Both the position numbers and the translations under genes were made by a program. Positions 22,813 to 32,300 of a stretch of DNA of 40,279 nt are shown piece after piece. A model generated the notes under the pieces. That model did no database searches and had not been told where the DNA came from. It saw nothing but the letters and a program-made list of their open reading frames with translations. Each line of letters starts with the position of its first letter. The first letter of the stretch is position 1. This DNA comes from a virus: IMG/VR virus record IMGVR_UViG_3300044564_000013, positions 1 through 40,279 of that record, one strand, 5' to 3'.

Positions 22813-24018
22813 ATGAAGTCTTCCATCCAAATCAGGAACGAGGTCAGGGACCTGGACGAGCGAATCGCCAAGGCCAGCGCCGAGTTCGCCAGCGCCGAGG
22901 GTGACGCGAAGGACGCCCTGCGCGACCAAATCAACGACTACAAGGGCCAGCAGCGCGCGCTTAACGACATGCTGGACGATGTCCTCGCCGACGAGGACAA
23001 GGTACGTCGAGGCGGCGGCGTGCCCCTCGCGGCCCCCGCGACCGAACCCAAGGCAAAGGCACCCAAGTCCGTCGTTGACTGCCTCATGGGCGCGCGCGAC
23101 GAGTTCAAGGGCCTCGGGTTCCACGACACCCTGACGTTCAACGTCAAGGACGCCTACACCAACTTCGGCCTCCCCGGCGTCCAGCAGATTGACTACAGCC
23201 TGCCCCGCCAGACCAGCGACGCCCTGCCCAACTTCGGGTTCCTCGACTCGCTGCCCACCGGCACCACGCAGGCCGACATCCTTACCTACTTCGAGAAGGA
23301 CGAGGCGAAGTACAAGAACGCAGCCGCCGTCTGGACCCCCGGTAGCCAGAAGCCGTCCTCGGCCATGGGCTGGAAGCAGACCAGCGCCTACATCGAGACC
23401 ATCGCCCACCTCATGCCCGTGCTTGAGCCGCAGCTCCGCGACTACGGCCAGCTGCAGTCGCTCATCGGAACCGAGCTTCTGTTCGGCCTGCGCATGGCCC
23501 TCGCTGACAAGGTCCTCACCGGCAAAGACCCCAACGGCATCGAGGGCGTGCTCAAGAACGAGGGCATCCAGGCGTACACCGCCAAGGCCGGTGACACCAT
23601 CGCCGACTCCGTGTACCGCATGGGCACCGACGTGTTCATTGGTTCCGGCTACCAGCCCACGCACGTCGCGATGCACCCGTACGTGGCCGAGAGCCTCGCC
23701 CTTGAGAAGGACAAGCAGGGCCGCTACATGAACGTCATGGTCAACGGGAGCCTCTGGGCGCTCAAGGTTGTCGAGGACCTGCACCTCACCGCGACCACCG
23801 GCGCAGACTCCACCGAGAAGACCACCTACGGCGTCCTTACCTACTGGAACCAGGCCGCTACCGTCTTCACAAAGGAGACCGACTCCATCACCATCGGCCT
23901 CGTCGGTGACCAGTTCGCCTACAACGAGGCAACCATCCGCGCCGAGGGGCGCCACGGCCTCAAGGTCACCTACCCCAAGGCGTTCGCGTACCTCGCCGAC
24001 TCCGGCATCACGAGGTAG
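22813..24018 (+). CDS. Major capsid protein, HK97 fold, with an N-terminal coiled-coil delta/scaffold domain
   Basis: AAGGAGAA RBS. The N-terminal ~100 aa are charged coiled coil, followed by a capsid-like body. The gene lies directly after the protease. Confidence 0.85.
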   Translation: MKSSIQIRNEVRDLDERIAKASAEFASAEGDAKDALRDQINDYKGQQRALNDMLDDVLADEDKVRRGGGVPLAAPATEPKAKAPKSVVDCLMGARDEFKGLGFHDTLTFNVKDAYTNFGLPGVQQIDYSLPRQTSDALPNFGFLDSLPTGTTQADILTYFEKDEAKYKNAAAVWTPGSQKPSSAMGWKQTSAYIETIAHLMPVLEPQLRDYGQLQSLIGTELLFGLRMALADKVLTGKDPNGIEGVLKNEGIQAYTAKAGDTIADSVYRMGTDVFIGSGYQPTHVAMHPYVAESLALEKDKQGRYMNVMVNGSLWALKVVEDLHLTATTGADSTEKTTYGVLTYWNQAATVFTKETDSITIGLVGDQFAYNEATIRAEGRHGLKVTYPKAFAYLADSGITR

Positions 24019-24023
24019 CCGCC

Positions 24024-24821
24024 ATGCCGACGCTCGCACCCAACACTCGCACGAGGGCCTCTCTCTCAGAGCTTGGCGCGCTCTCGCTTGAGGGCGCGCC
24101 GGGTGCGGCCACCGTCACGCTCCTGTCCGATGGGACATCCGAGGCGTGGGAACCGGGAACGGCACCCGCGCTCAGGACGTGCCCCGAACTCCTCACAGTC
24201 GAGTGGACGATGTCCGGCGTGCCCGTGAGCGCCGAGGTCGACGTTGTTGCATCGCGCTACTGCACGCTGGACGAGATTCGCGGGTACCGCGCCGAGCAGT
24301 ACGGCCTGTCGAACCGGACAGACGCCGAGGTGTGGGTGGCGCGCCAGCACGCCGAGGAGGTAATCGAGCGCGCCGCGAACCGGTTCTTCCAGCCCGTCAT
24401 GCGCAAGGGATTCGTCGACCGCCCCAACTGCACGTCCGCGTCTCAGCCCATGGTGCCCGGCGCGTGCACGCGCGACATCACCAGCGTAGCCCGCGCCTGG
24501 GACGCGGACGGCAACCACGTCGGCGTGGGCGTGGCGGGCCAGACCGCCCTCGACGTGTCCGGAATCCGCCCGCACGGCGCGGCCAACGTCGCGCTCGTGA
24601 TGGGCATGGGCCAGACCCCCGTGGAGATGCACGACGCCGTCGTTGCGCTCGCCGCGTGGTACCTGGTGCCCAAGGCCGGTCCCGACAACGCAACGTCAGA
24701 GTCCACCGACTCCGGCGTGCTCCGCTACGTCATCGGCGGCGTCGACGGCGCCCCCACGTCACTCCCGGAGGTAAACGCGCTCGTGCAGCGCTACGGCTTC
24801 CGGAACCTGGTAGTGGGGTGA
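24024..24821 (+). CDS. Virion structural protein (head-tail joining region by position)
   Basis: Tightly packed after the capsid gene. Composition is phage-like. No motif recognised. Confidence 0.6.
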   Translation: MPTLAPNTRTRASLSELGALSLEGAPGAATVTLLSDGTSEAWEPGTAPALRTCPELLTVEWTMSGVPVSAEVDVVASRYCTLDEIRGYRAEQYGLSNRTDAEVWVARQHAEEVIERAANRFFQPVMRKGFVDRPNCTSASQPMVPGACTRDITSVARAWDADGNHVGVGVAGQTALDVSGIRPHGAANVALVMGMGQTPVEMHDAVVALAAWYLVPKAGPDNATSESTDSGVLRYVIGGVDGAPTSLPEVNALVQRYGFRNLVVG

Positions 24822-24825
24822 CGCC

Positions 24826-25293
24826 ATGGGTGCCGAGAACCTGTTCTGGCAGTGCATCGAGCACGTCAAGGCGCTCTCGGACGAGGCGCTCGCGGACGAG
24901 CCGGTGTTCGTCTCGATTGGAGGCTCGACCGTCCAGAAGCCTGCCGAGTTCCTGGTGCGAGAGGTGGTCGAGAACGTCTCGTTCTCCGACACCGTGACCT
25001 CCACGCTCGGGGGCGTGCGCGCGTCAGGCCACTACCGCGTGGAGTTCTCCGTGGCATGCCAGGCGTGGGCGCAGAGGCCCTCGCTCATGGAGGCTTCAGA
25101 GCTTGTCCAGTCGTGGGTGCTCGCGCTCTTCCGCCAGGTTGCAACAGACAAGACGCTCGGCGGGCTGTGCGTCCACGCCGAGCCGTACGTGGAGGGCGCG
25201 GGGACCGCGCTCGACAAGGGAACCAAGCTGTACACCGCCGCGTTCGACTTCGGCGTCCGCGTGAAGGCCGAGGTAGGACCGGCAACCGACTAA
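24826..25293 (+). CDS. Virion structural protein (head-tail joining or tail terminator by position)
   Basis: Lies between the capsid-proximal gene and the major tail gene. No motif recognised. Confidence 0.6.
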   Translation: MGAENLFWQCIEHVKALSDEALADEPVFVSIGGSTVQKPAEFLVREVVENVSFSDTVTSTLGGVRASGHYRVEFSVACQAWAQRPSLMEASELVQSWVLALFRQVATDKTLGGLCVHAEPYVEGAGTALDKGTKLYTAAFDFGVRVKAEVGPATD

Positions 25294-25303
25294 GGAGAAA
25301 GCA

Positions 25304-26308
25304 ATGTCTCTCAACCCATCCATCGGCCTCGTTGGCATCGCCGTCCAGGCCGACAAGGACACGCCCGCATCCGCGCCGACGTTCATGCACGGCCTCACCG
25401 GAGGCTCGCCGTTCGGCGTGTCCCGCTCCATCGCGAACACCTCCGTATCCTGCGGAAACCGCGCCCCGTCCGACGCGCGCGTGGACTCCATCGAGGTGTC
25501 CCCGTCTGTCCAGTCGCTCTGCTACCCTGACGTGTTCGGCCTCTACCTGTACGCCGCCCTCGGTGCCGTCGACACTACCGCTGCCACCGGCAAGGAGGGC
25601 TACTACAAGCACGTCTTCACCATGGGCGATGACCTGCCCTATTGCACCATCTGGTCGCAGATTGGCAAGAACAACTTCACCCGCGCGGACGGCTGCAGGC
25701 TCGGCACCCTCGCAATCAGCGCGACCGGCAACGAGCACCTTTCCATGCAGGCAGACTTCAAGGGCATCGACGGCCAGGTCGGCATCGACTCCATACCCGG
25801 CAGCGTCCAGGCGTCCTGCTTCGGCGGCAAGTACACCACCACCGACTGCACGTTCAAGATTGACGCAGCCGGTGACACGCCCGCTGACGCGCTCGTCTCC
25901 GAGGCGAGCTTCACGGTCGAGAACAACGTGTCCGGCCTCACCTCCATCGGTCGCGTCACGCCGCGCGACATCGCCGTGGGCAAGCTCTCCATGGGATGCT
26001 CCGTCACCACCATCCCGGATGACATCACCGAGTACAGGAAGCTCGTGACCGGATCAAATACCGCCACGAAGCTTTCGGGAAGCGTGGTACTCGGCAGCGT
26101 ATACGCCAAGTTCTTCCACACCGATGACCCGAACATGACGCTTGAGGTCTCCATCAACCACTGCCCGTTCACGGCTGACTTCCCAGAGGTCGACCCCGAG
26201 GGTTCCGAGGCAACCATCCAGTTCTCGACCGACGCCGCAATCATCACCAGCGCCGGGGAGTCCCCCGTGACCATCACCCTCGTCAACAAGACCGCGAGCT
26301 ACAAGTAG
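25304..26308 (+). CDS. Major tail (tube) protein
   Basis: AAGGAG RBS. The protein is Thr/Ser/Gly-rich and predicted beta-rich. The gene is followed by a strong hairpin. Position within the morphogenesis module also supports the call. Confidence 0.65.
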   Translation: MSLNPSIGLVGIAVQADKDTPASAPTFMHGLTGGSPFGVSRSIANTSVSCGNRAPSDARVDSIEVSPSVQSLCYPDVFGLYLYAALGAVDTTAATGKEGYYKHVFTMGDDLPYCTIWSQIGKNNFTRADGCRLGTLAISATGNEHLSMQADFKGIDGQVGIDSIPGSVQASCFGGKYTTTDCTFKIDAAGDTPADALVSEASFTVENNVSGLTSIGRVTPRDIAVGKLSMGCSVTTIPDDITEYRKLVTGSNTATKLSGSVVLGSVYAKFFHTDDPNMTLEVSINHCPFTADFPEVDPEGSEATIQFSTDAAIITSAGESPVTITLVNKTASYK

Positions 26309-26314
26309 CGACTC

Positions 26315-26336
26315 GGGGCCTGCGCGAGCAGGCCCC
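26315..26336 (+). terminator. Strong GC hairpin after the major tail gene; no U-tract
   Basis: ggggcctgc gcga gcaggcccc is a 9-bp perfect stem with a tetraloop. Confidence 0.5.
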
Positions 26337-26354
26337 ATCCGCATTGGAGACAAA

Positions 26355-26789
26355 TTGGACACCACCAGGAAGCTGCTCTACTGGCTCGGCACCGCCTGCA
26401 TCACCGCGATAGTGAGCGCCATACAGATTGGCGTGGACCCGCGCACGGACAAGGCCGTGATGACGTGGGTCTGCATGGTCGCGGTCGCGAGCGTAGTGTA
26501 CGCGGTCATGCAGACGTACTCGGCAGTCAGAAGGCGCGACGAGGTCTCAGCCAAGCATGACGCGCTGGTGGACACGGCGCTCAAGGTGCTCCTGCGCCAG
26601 AAGCTCGTGAGCGAGCATGACCGGCTAATGGGCATCGGCTCCGCCAACGACACGCAGCGCCGCTCGTGGCAGGCGTCGTACGAGACGTACGAGGCGCTGT
26701 GCGACGTGACGGGGGACAGCAATGGCGTAATCGACGTGTACAGGGCGCACGTGATGGCCCTACCCAGCGACAAAGGAGACTTGCGATGA
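26355..26789 (+). CDS. Membrane protein with 2 TM helices and a cytoplasmic domain; possible lysis-associated protein
   Basis: TTG start with a GGAGA RBS. TM helices are LLYWLGTACITAIVSAIQIG and VMTWVCMVAVASVVYAVM. The gene lies immediately upstream of the holin. Confidence 0.55.
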   Translation: MDTTRKLLYWLGTACITAIVSAIQIGVDPRTDKAVMTWVCMVAVASVVYAVMQTYSAVRRRDEVSAKHDALVDTALKVLLRQKLVSEHDRLMGIGSANDTQRRSWQASYETYEALCDVTGDSNGVIDVYRAHVMALPSDKGDLR

Positions 26790-27007
26790 ACTACATCGTT
26801 CCCGACAAGGCATACAAGGCGCTCAAGTGGGCTGGACTCATCGCGTGCCCCGCCATGGCAGTGTTCGTCGGCACCGTAGGCCCCGTGTGGGGCTGGCCGA
26901 ACGTCGACGCGTGGGTGACCACAATCAACGCCGCAGGCGTGCTCGTCGGCGCCCTCCTCGGCATCTCCGCAGTCACTGCGAGGCCCTCAGACGATGGCGG
27001 CGAGTAG
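26786..27007 (+). CDS. Holin, Dp-1/LL-H-like, 2 TM helices
   Basis: MNYIVPDKAYKALKWAGLIACPAMAVFVGTVGPVW...VTTINAAGVLVGALLGISAV with a charged C-terminus. ATGA overlap with the upstream stop. Confidence 0.7.
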   Translation: MNYIVPDKAYKALKWAGLIACPAMAVFVGTVGPVWGWPNVDAWVTTINAAGVLVGALLGISAVTARPSDDGGE

Positions 27008-27197
27008 GGAAGAGAGGCCCCGCTGCATCCTCTGCGGCACGGAGATGCGCGAGGAGCTTGGCATGGAGCGCAGCCACGAGGACATCACGCAGCGCTGGTG
27101 GACGTGCCCGAACTGCCTGCACAGGCAGACAACCATCGACGGCGATGGCGGCAATCGCCGCCCCGGGGAAGGAAGGCAGCAATGCACCTCTATGTGA
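26994..27197 (+). CDS. Small zinc-ribbon protein, hypothetical
   Basis: CILCG...CPNC. It overlaps both the holin end and the endolysin start. Confidence 0.45.
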   Translation: MAASREERPRCILCGTEMREELGMERSHEDITQRWWTCPNCLHRQTTIDGDGGNRRPGEGRQQCTSM

Positions 27198-28117
27198 TAT
27201 GCGGACACGGAGCCGGTGACCCCGGTGCCTGCGGAAACGGCTACAGCGAGGCAGAGCGCGTGCGCGCGCTGGGGGCCAGGATTGCCGAGCTTGGCGGCTC
27301 GTCCGTCACACTCCTCGACACGAGCAGGAACTGGTACGCGGACCGTGGCATCAAGACGCTCTCCATCCCGAGCGGTGACGCGCTCGTCGAGCTGCACATG
27401 GACTCCGCGTCACCGGACGCGCACGGAGGCCATGTCATCATCAAGGAGGGAATCGGAGGCCCGGACTCGTACGACCGGGCGCTTGCCGACTCCATCTCCA
27501 CCATCTTCCCCGGGCGCTCCCAGAGCATCGTGGAGCACTCCGAGCTTGCCAACCCGAACAGGGCGGCAGCACGCGGCATCAACTATAGGCTCGTGGAGAA
27601 CGGCTTCGTCACCAACGCCGGTGACGTCGACATCTTCAACTCGAGGCTCGATGACATCGCGAGGGCGTACCTCGCCGCATTCGGCATCGAGGGCGGTGCC
27701 ACCCCGGAGGCGTCTGCCGAGCCGTCCGCGCCCGCGTCCTCCGGCTCCTCCGGGATGCCTGACGGTGCCCTCGACTTCCCCGAGGACCCGCTACTCTACG
27801 ATGGCTGGTTCGGCCCCGAGACGGCAAAGCAGGTGCAGCTGTGCCTCCGAGTCCACGGTCTGTACAGTGGTTACATTGATGGGGACTTCGGCCCGATGAC
27901 CAAGAAGGCGTTCCAGCGCTACCTCGCAAACCTCGGGTACTACTCCGGCCTCATCGACGGGGACTTCGGCCCGATGAGCACCAAGGCGCTGCAGAGCTAC
28001 CTCATCGACCGTGGCACCTACTGGAAGGCTGGCTACGGCTGGTGCGACGTGGATGGTGACTGGGGTTCCCTCACCACCATCGCCCTGCAGCGTGCCATCA
28101 ACGGCAACAGGCTGTAG
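27182..28117 (+). CDS. Endolysin: N-acetylmuramoyl-L-alanine amidase (Amidase_3-like) plus peptidoglycan-binding repeats
   Basis: VICGHGAGDPGA...ELHMDSA...NYRLVENGFVTN. After a Ser/Pro linker come three G-x-YSG-x-IDGDFGP-x-T/S-K-x-A-x-Q repeats. Confidence 0.9.
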   Translation: MHLYVICGHGAGDPGACGNGYSEAERVRALGARIAELGGSSVTLLDTSRNWYADRGIKTLSIPSGDALVELHMDSASPDAHGGHVIIKEGIGGPDSYDRALADSISTIFPGRSQSIVEHSELANPNRAAARGINYRLVENGFVTNAGDVDIFNSRLDDIARAYLAAFGIEGGATPEASAEPSAPASSGSSGMPDGALDFPEDPLLYDGWFGPETAKQVQLCLRVHGLYSGYIDGDFGPMTKKAFQRYLANLGYYSGLIDGDFGPMSTKALQSYLIDRGTYWKAGYGWCDVDGDWGSLTTIALQRAINGNRL

Positions 28118-28147
28118 GCAGAACCTTCCCATACCACCTTGGGACAT

Positions 28148-28180
28148 GCGCCCCCGCTTGTGCGGGGGCGCTCTATGTTT
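28148..28180 (+). terminator. Rho-independent terminator after the lysis cassette
   Basis: gcgcccccgc ttgt gcgggggcgc is a 10-bp perfect stem with a tetraloop, followed by tctatgttt. Confidence 0.85.
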
Positions 28181-28337
28181 ACGCAGGTACACGGCTTGCA
28201 GAGAGCCTTTCTGAGGCCCAATAAACAAGGCTGTGGACTGACGCACGCGGGAATCCGGCCTCAATCGCGAAGCGCTGGGCGCGGGGGACACCGCACGGAA
28301 CATGTTGCCATGGCAAGTCGAAGACCGAGGAGGGTCC

Positions 28338-28721
28338 ATGGCAACCAGGCAGTGGTTCGAATACGTAAACCCAAAGACCGGCGTCAAGGAGTTCGAGTGC
28401 ACGGCCTACCCAGGCCAGAACGTCCTTGCCGGGATGATTGTCGACGCGTCCGGGATTACAGACGCCGAAGTCAAGAGCATCGCAAGGGGGACCGTGTGGG
28501 CCGTGCTCAGCGCGGATGCGGAAGGCCACAAGGTGCTCCCAAGGGGCGTCAAGCGCACGACTGACTATGACGCGTTCGTCCAGTCTATGGCAAAGGCCGT
28601 AGACGCCGGGTTTTTCATCGAATTCCTTGACGCTTACTCCACGTCCATCGAAACGGAGAACGTGGATGACAAGGCAGACGTGGACGAAAACCCTACGGGT
28701 ACGAGTCACGAATCCTTGTAA
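28338..28721 (+). CDS. Tail assembly chaperone (gpG-like)
   Basis: GAGGAGGG RBS. Acidic C-terminus. It lies directly upstream of a -1-frame ORF and the tape measure gene. Confidence 0.65.
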   Translation: MATRQWFEYVNPKTGVKEFECTAYPGQNVLAGMIVDASGITDAEVKSIARGTVWAVLSADAEGHKVLPRGVKRTTDYDAFVQSMAKAVDAGFFIEFLDAYSTSIETENVDDKADVDENPTGTSHESL

Positions 28722-28750
28722 ACCTCTCACGCTACACGGGTTCCGGCGTC

Positions 28751-28945
28751 ATGGAGCTGCTGGGACTCGCGTGCGGGTTCCCGATGCTGTTCGAGCAGAT
28801 GTACTTCGACCTAGATGCGCTGCTTGAGGAGCGGGAGAGCCAGAAGGCCCCCACATGGAGGAGGAAGGGCGAGAAGGCGGTTGACGCCCGCGACCGGCTG
28901 AGGGCCGAGCGCGAAGCCGCCAAGGCGCGTCTGGGGGTCTCTTAG
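28751..28945 (+). CDS. gpT-like extension: -1-frame ORF probably expressed as a G-T fusion by programmed frameshift
   Basis: It is in the -1 frame relative to 28338-28721. That frame is open from 28670. An X_XXY_YYZ heptamer A_AAC_CCT lies at 28688-28694. Confidence 0.5.
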   Translation: MELLGLACGFPMLFEQMYFDLDALLEERESQKAPTWRRKGEKAVDARDRLRAEREAAKARLGVS

Positions 28946-29383
28946 GTGTACACGATTGAGGTTCAGGGTCTCGACGAGACAATCACCCAGCTCAACGAGC
29001 TTGACCGCAGGCTCGGCACCGAGCTTAAGCGCGAGATTAGGGGAATCGCGCAGCCGACGCTCTCTAAGGCGAAGGGGTTCGCCGGGGGCGTCGGCTCGTT
29101 CCCGACCGGCCACTACGCAGCCTCGCTGAGGCTAAAGACGTACGCGAACGGGGTCAAGTTCGTATCCACCGACCCAGGAGGAGGCGTCATCGAGTTCGCG
29201 AACCCGGGGGCGCTCATCCTCACCGGCGAGCGTGCTGGCAGGCGTGCCGGAGTCCCTGTGGGAAGCACGCCTCCACGCGCCCTCCTAAAGGCAATCCTCG
29301 CTGACGAGGAGCACATCGTTGAGAAGGTCAACGAGAAGGTAGTCGAGTACTGCGACTGGAACGTGGGGGCCGTCAATGGGTAA
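28946..29383 (+). CDS. HK97 gp10-like tail-component protein
   Basis: 145 aa with a GTG start. The segment ANGVKFVSTDPGGGVIEFANPGA loosely fits the gp10 family. Confidence 0.45.
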   Translation: MYTIEVQGLDETITQLNELDRRLGTELKREIRGIAQPTLSKAKGFAGGVGSFPTGHYAASLRLKTYANGVKFVSTDPGGGVIEFANPGALILTGERAGRRAGVPVGSTPPRALLKAILADEEHIVEKVNEKVVEYCDWNVGAVNG

Positions 29384-32300
29384 GGCATCCATCACAATCG
29401 CCATCGGCGCTCTCTGGAACGGCCAGACGCAGCTCGACGCCGTAAGCAACAGCATCTCCCGCATGGCGCTGAACGCCGCAAAGTCCAGCGAGTCAACGAC
29501 GCGCTCCCTCGCGCTGCAGGGAGAGAGCTGGGCTGGCCTCGGCAACCAGATTTACGACGCCGGGACCAAGGTTGCGGAAGTTGGCGACACCCTCACCACG
29601 GCCATAACCGTGCCGATGACCAAGGTCGGCGGATACTGCGTGGACCAGGCCGTGAGCTTCGACACCGCCATAGCGAACCTGCGAAAGACTTCAGACCTCA
29701 CGGCTGACCAGCTAGACGCCCTCGGAGACTCGGCGCTTGAGGCGTCGCAGAAGCAGCCTGTCGACGCAGCGACGATAGTCAACATCGAGGCGCTTGGCGC
29801 TCAGCTCGGCGTGGCCGATGACGAGCTTGAGTCGTTCTCCAAGACTGTCTCCGGGCTGGACATAGCGACGAACATGGACGCGGACACCGCAGCCACCGAG
29901 ATGGCCCGATTCGCGAACATCACCGGCATGGCCGAGGACGAGTTCTCGAACTACGGCTCGACCATCGTCGCAATCGGCAACAACATGGCAACGACCGAGT
30001 CTGATGTCTCGAACCTTGCGCAGCGGTTCGCCTCGGCTGGCACCGCAGCTGGCATGTCGCAGGCGGACATCCTCGGCATGTCCGGCGCGCTCTCGTCGCT
30101 CGGCGTCAAGGCCGAGATGGGCGGCTCCGCGCTCTCCCAGACCGTCAACGCAATCGGCGTTGCCGTCTCCAACGGCGGTGACGATTTGCAGGCGTTCGCT
30201 GACAAGGCTGGGATGAGCGCTGACGAGTTCGCCGCTGCGTGGCGCGACGATGCCGCAGGCACGTTCAACACGCTCGTCGAGAGCATGGGCAAGTCCGTCG
30301 CGTCTGGCGAGGACGTCAACACGATGCTCTCCGACCTCGGCATCACCGGCATCCGCCAGTCCGACGTGATGCGCCGCCTGATTGACTCCACCGAGGCGGT
30401 CACGGGCAAGCAGTCAGTCCTCGCAAGTGCGCTCGACCTGTCGCGCAACGCCTGGGAGGAGAACACCGCGCTGCAGACCGAGGTGGACCAGCGCAACGAG
30501 TCCATGCAGTCTCGCCTCGACGTTCTAAAGAACAAGGTCAACGCCGTGGCGATAACGGTGGGCACCCCGCTCACCGAGGCCCTCATCGACGCCATGGACG
30601 CCCTGCAGCCGCTCTTCCAGGGCGTGGCCGACGCCGCACAGGCGTTCGCAGACATGGACGAGCAGGACCAGCGCACCGTGCTGTCGCTCGCAGGCGTGAC
30701 CACCGCTGCAGGCCCCGTGCTCTCGGTCGCGGGAAGGCTCGTCCAGGGCATCGGAAACGTCAACACGATGTTCGGGCAGTCGCAGGAGAAGGCGGCGATT
30801 TTCGGGGACGCGCTCAACACCGTCGACGGCTCGCAGATGCGCGTGTACGCAAGCTCCGGTGACATGGCGTCCAGGCTCGGCGTCGCGCAGAACGCGGCGG
30901 CGAAGGCGGCGGGTGGCGCGGACAAGTACGTGCACGCATGGGAGGGGATGACCGACAGCGCGAAGGTCGTGCGCGACAGCACCGAGAAGATTCAGGACCT
31001 GAGCATGCAGCTCAACCTCCTTGGCGATGGCTCCGACAAGGCCAGTGCCAAGCTTAAGGGCCAGATTTCCGCGCTTGAGGGCCAGCGGGACGCCGCCAAG
31101 GACGCATACGAGAAGAACGCATCTCTCGTCACCGCGTGGTCCAAGTCAACCACCGAGGCGGAGAAGGCCGCAGACGGCATCGATGGCCTGACGGAGAGCC
31201 TGGACAGGGTCAAGTCCGGCTCCACCAGCACGGCCAGGGAGATTGAGTCCGTGTCCAAGAGCGCGGGCGGCATCAAGGGCGCGGCGTCCAAGGCGGGTGA
31301 CGCACTGGCAAACATGGAGTCGAAGGCCGGGCAGGCGGCATCCAACATCGGCTCCGGCCTGGCGAACGGGATGAAGCTGGCCGCAAGCTCGGCGCTGGAC
31401 ATGGCCAAGAACTTCGCAGTGGGCGCGCTTCAGGCCGGGGCGGTGAGCCTCGCAATCGCCGGTGTGACGTTTGTCGTTGGCAAGCTTGTCGACTACTACC
31501 AGAAGCAGAAGGAGCGCTCTGACAACCTCGCCAAGGCCACAGACGGCCTTACCGAGGCTACGAACAAGAGCATCAAGGCCGCGCAGGACCAGGGCGTCGC
31601 GTACGAGGGCACCAAGGTATCCATCAGCGAAGCCAGAGACGCCGTAGACAAGGCGATAGAGTCTCAGGCCAAGCTCGCCGACAGCATAAACGACGGCAAC
31701 GCATCGGCATCCGCGCAGATGGGCCAGCTGCAGGCAGCGTACGAGGTCATCAAGGAGTACGCCAACCAGACCGGACTCTCCACGCAGGAGCAGGGCAAGC
31801 TCAAGGCCGCAGTCGACACGTTCAATGGCATAGCCGGGACGTCAATCGACGTGATAGACGCCGAGAACGGCAAGCTCGCGGAGAACGGCGATGCAATCGA
31901 AAACGTGTCCTCCAAGCTCGGCGAGTACGTGCAGCAGAAGCTTGAGCAGATTCGCCTTGAGGCATACCAGGACCGCCTCAAGACCATGTACGAGCAGCAG
32001 GCTGAGGACATACAGGCGCTCGCCACCGCCCAGAAGGCGTACAACGACGAGATGGACGCCCTTGGCAGCAAGGAGGATTACGTCTCCCGCTACATCGACA
32101 ACTACAAGGGACTCCACACTCAGGTCAAGCTCACGGATGACGAGCTTCGTGACATTGCCGAGAGCACCTACGACAACGCCGAGGCGGCTGCGTACGCCAA
32201 CTCCGGGCTTGAGGACGCCAAGAGCAACCTGGACTCCATCAACGGCTCGATAAGCATCACCGAGGCCGCGATGGGCGCTGCTGCGGCTGCGACTGACGGG

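Noticed and set aside
22798-24039. 413-aa minus-strand ORF antisense to the capsid gene
   Set aside because: It is Gly/Val/Leu/Arg-rich, a typical high-GC antisense artefact. The plus-strand capsid gene has an RBS, correct synteny and protein-like composition.

The same reasoning applies to 29951-30982 (-), 5798-6853 (-), 4768-5649 (-), 38758-39573 (-), 12834-13619 (-) and 8155-8685 (-).
24146-26048. Alternative-frame plus-strand ORFs 24146-24997 (283 aa) and 24852-26048 (398 aa)
   Set aside because: They are extremely Arg/Pro/Ser-rich, with no RBS. They overlap well-supported structural genes in another frame.
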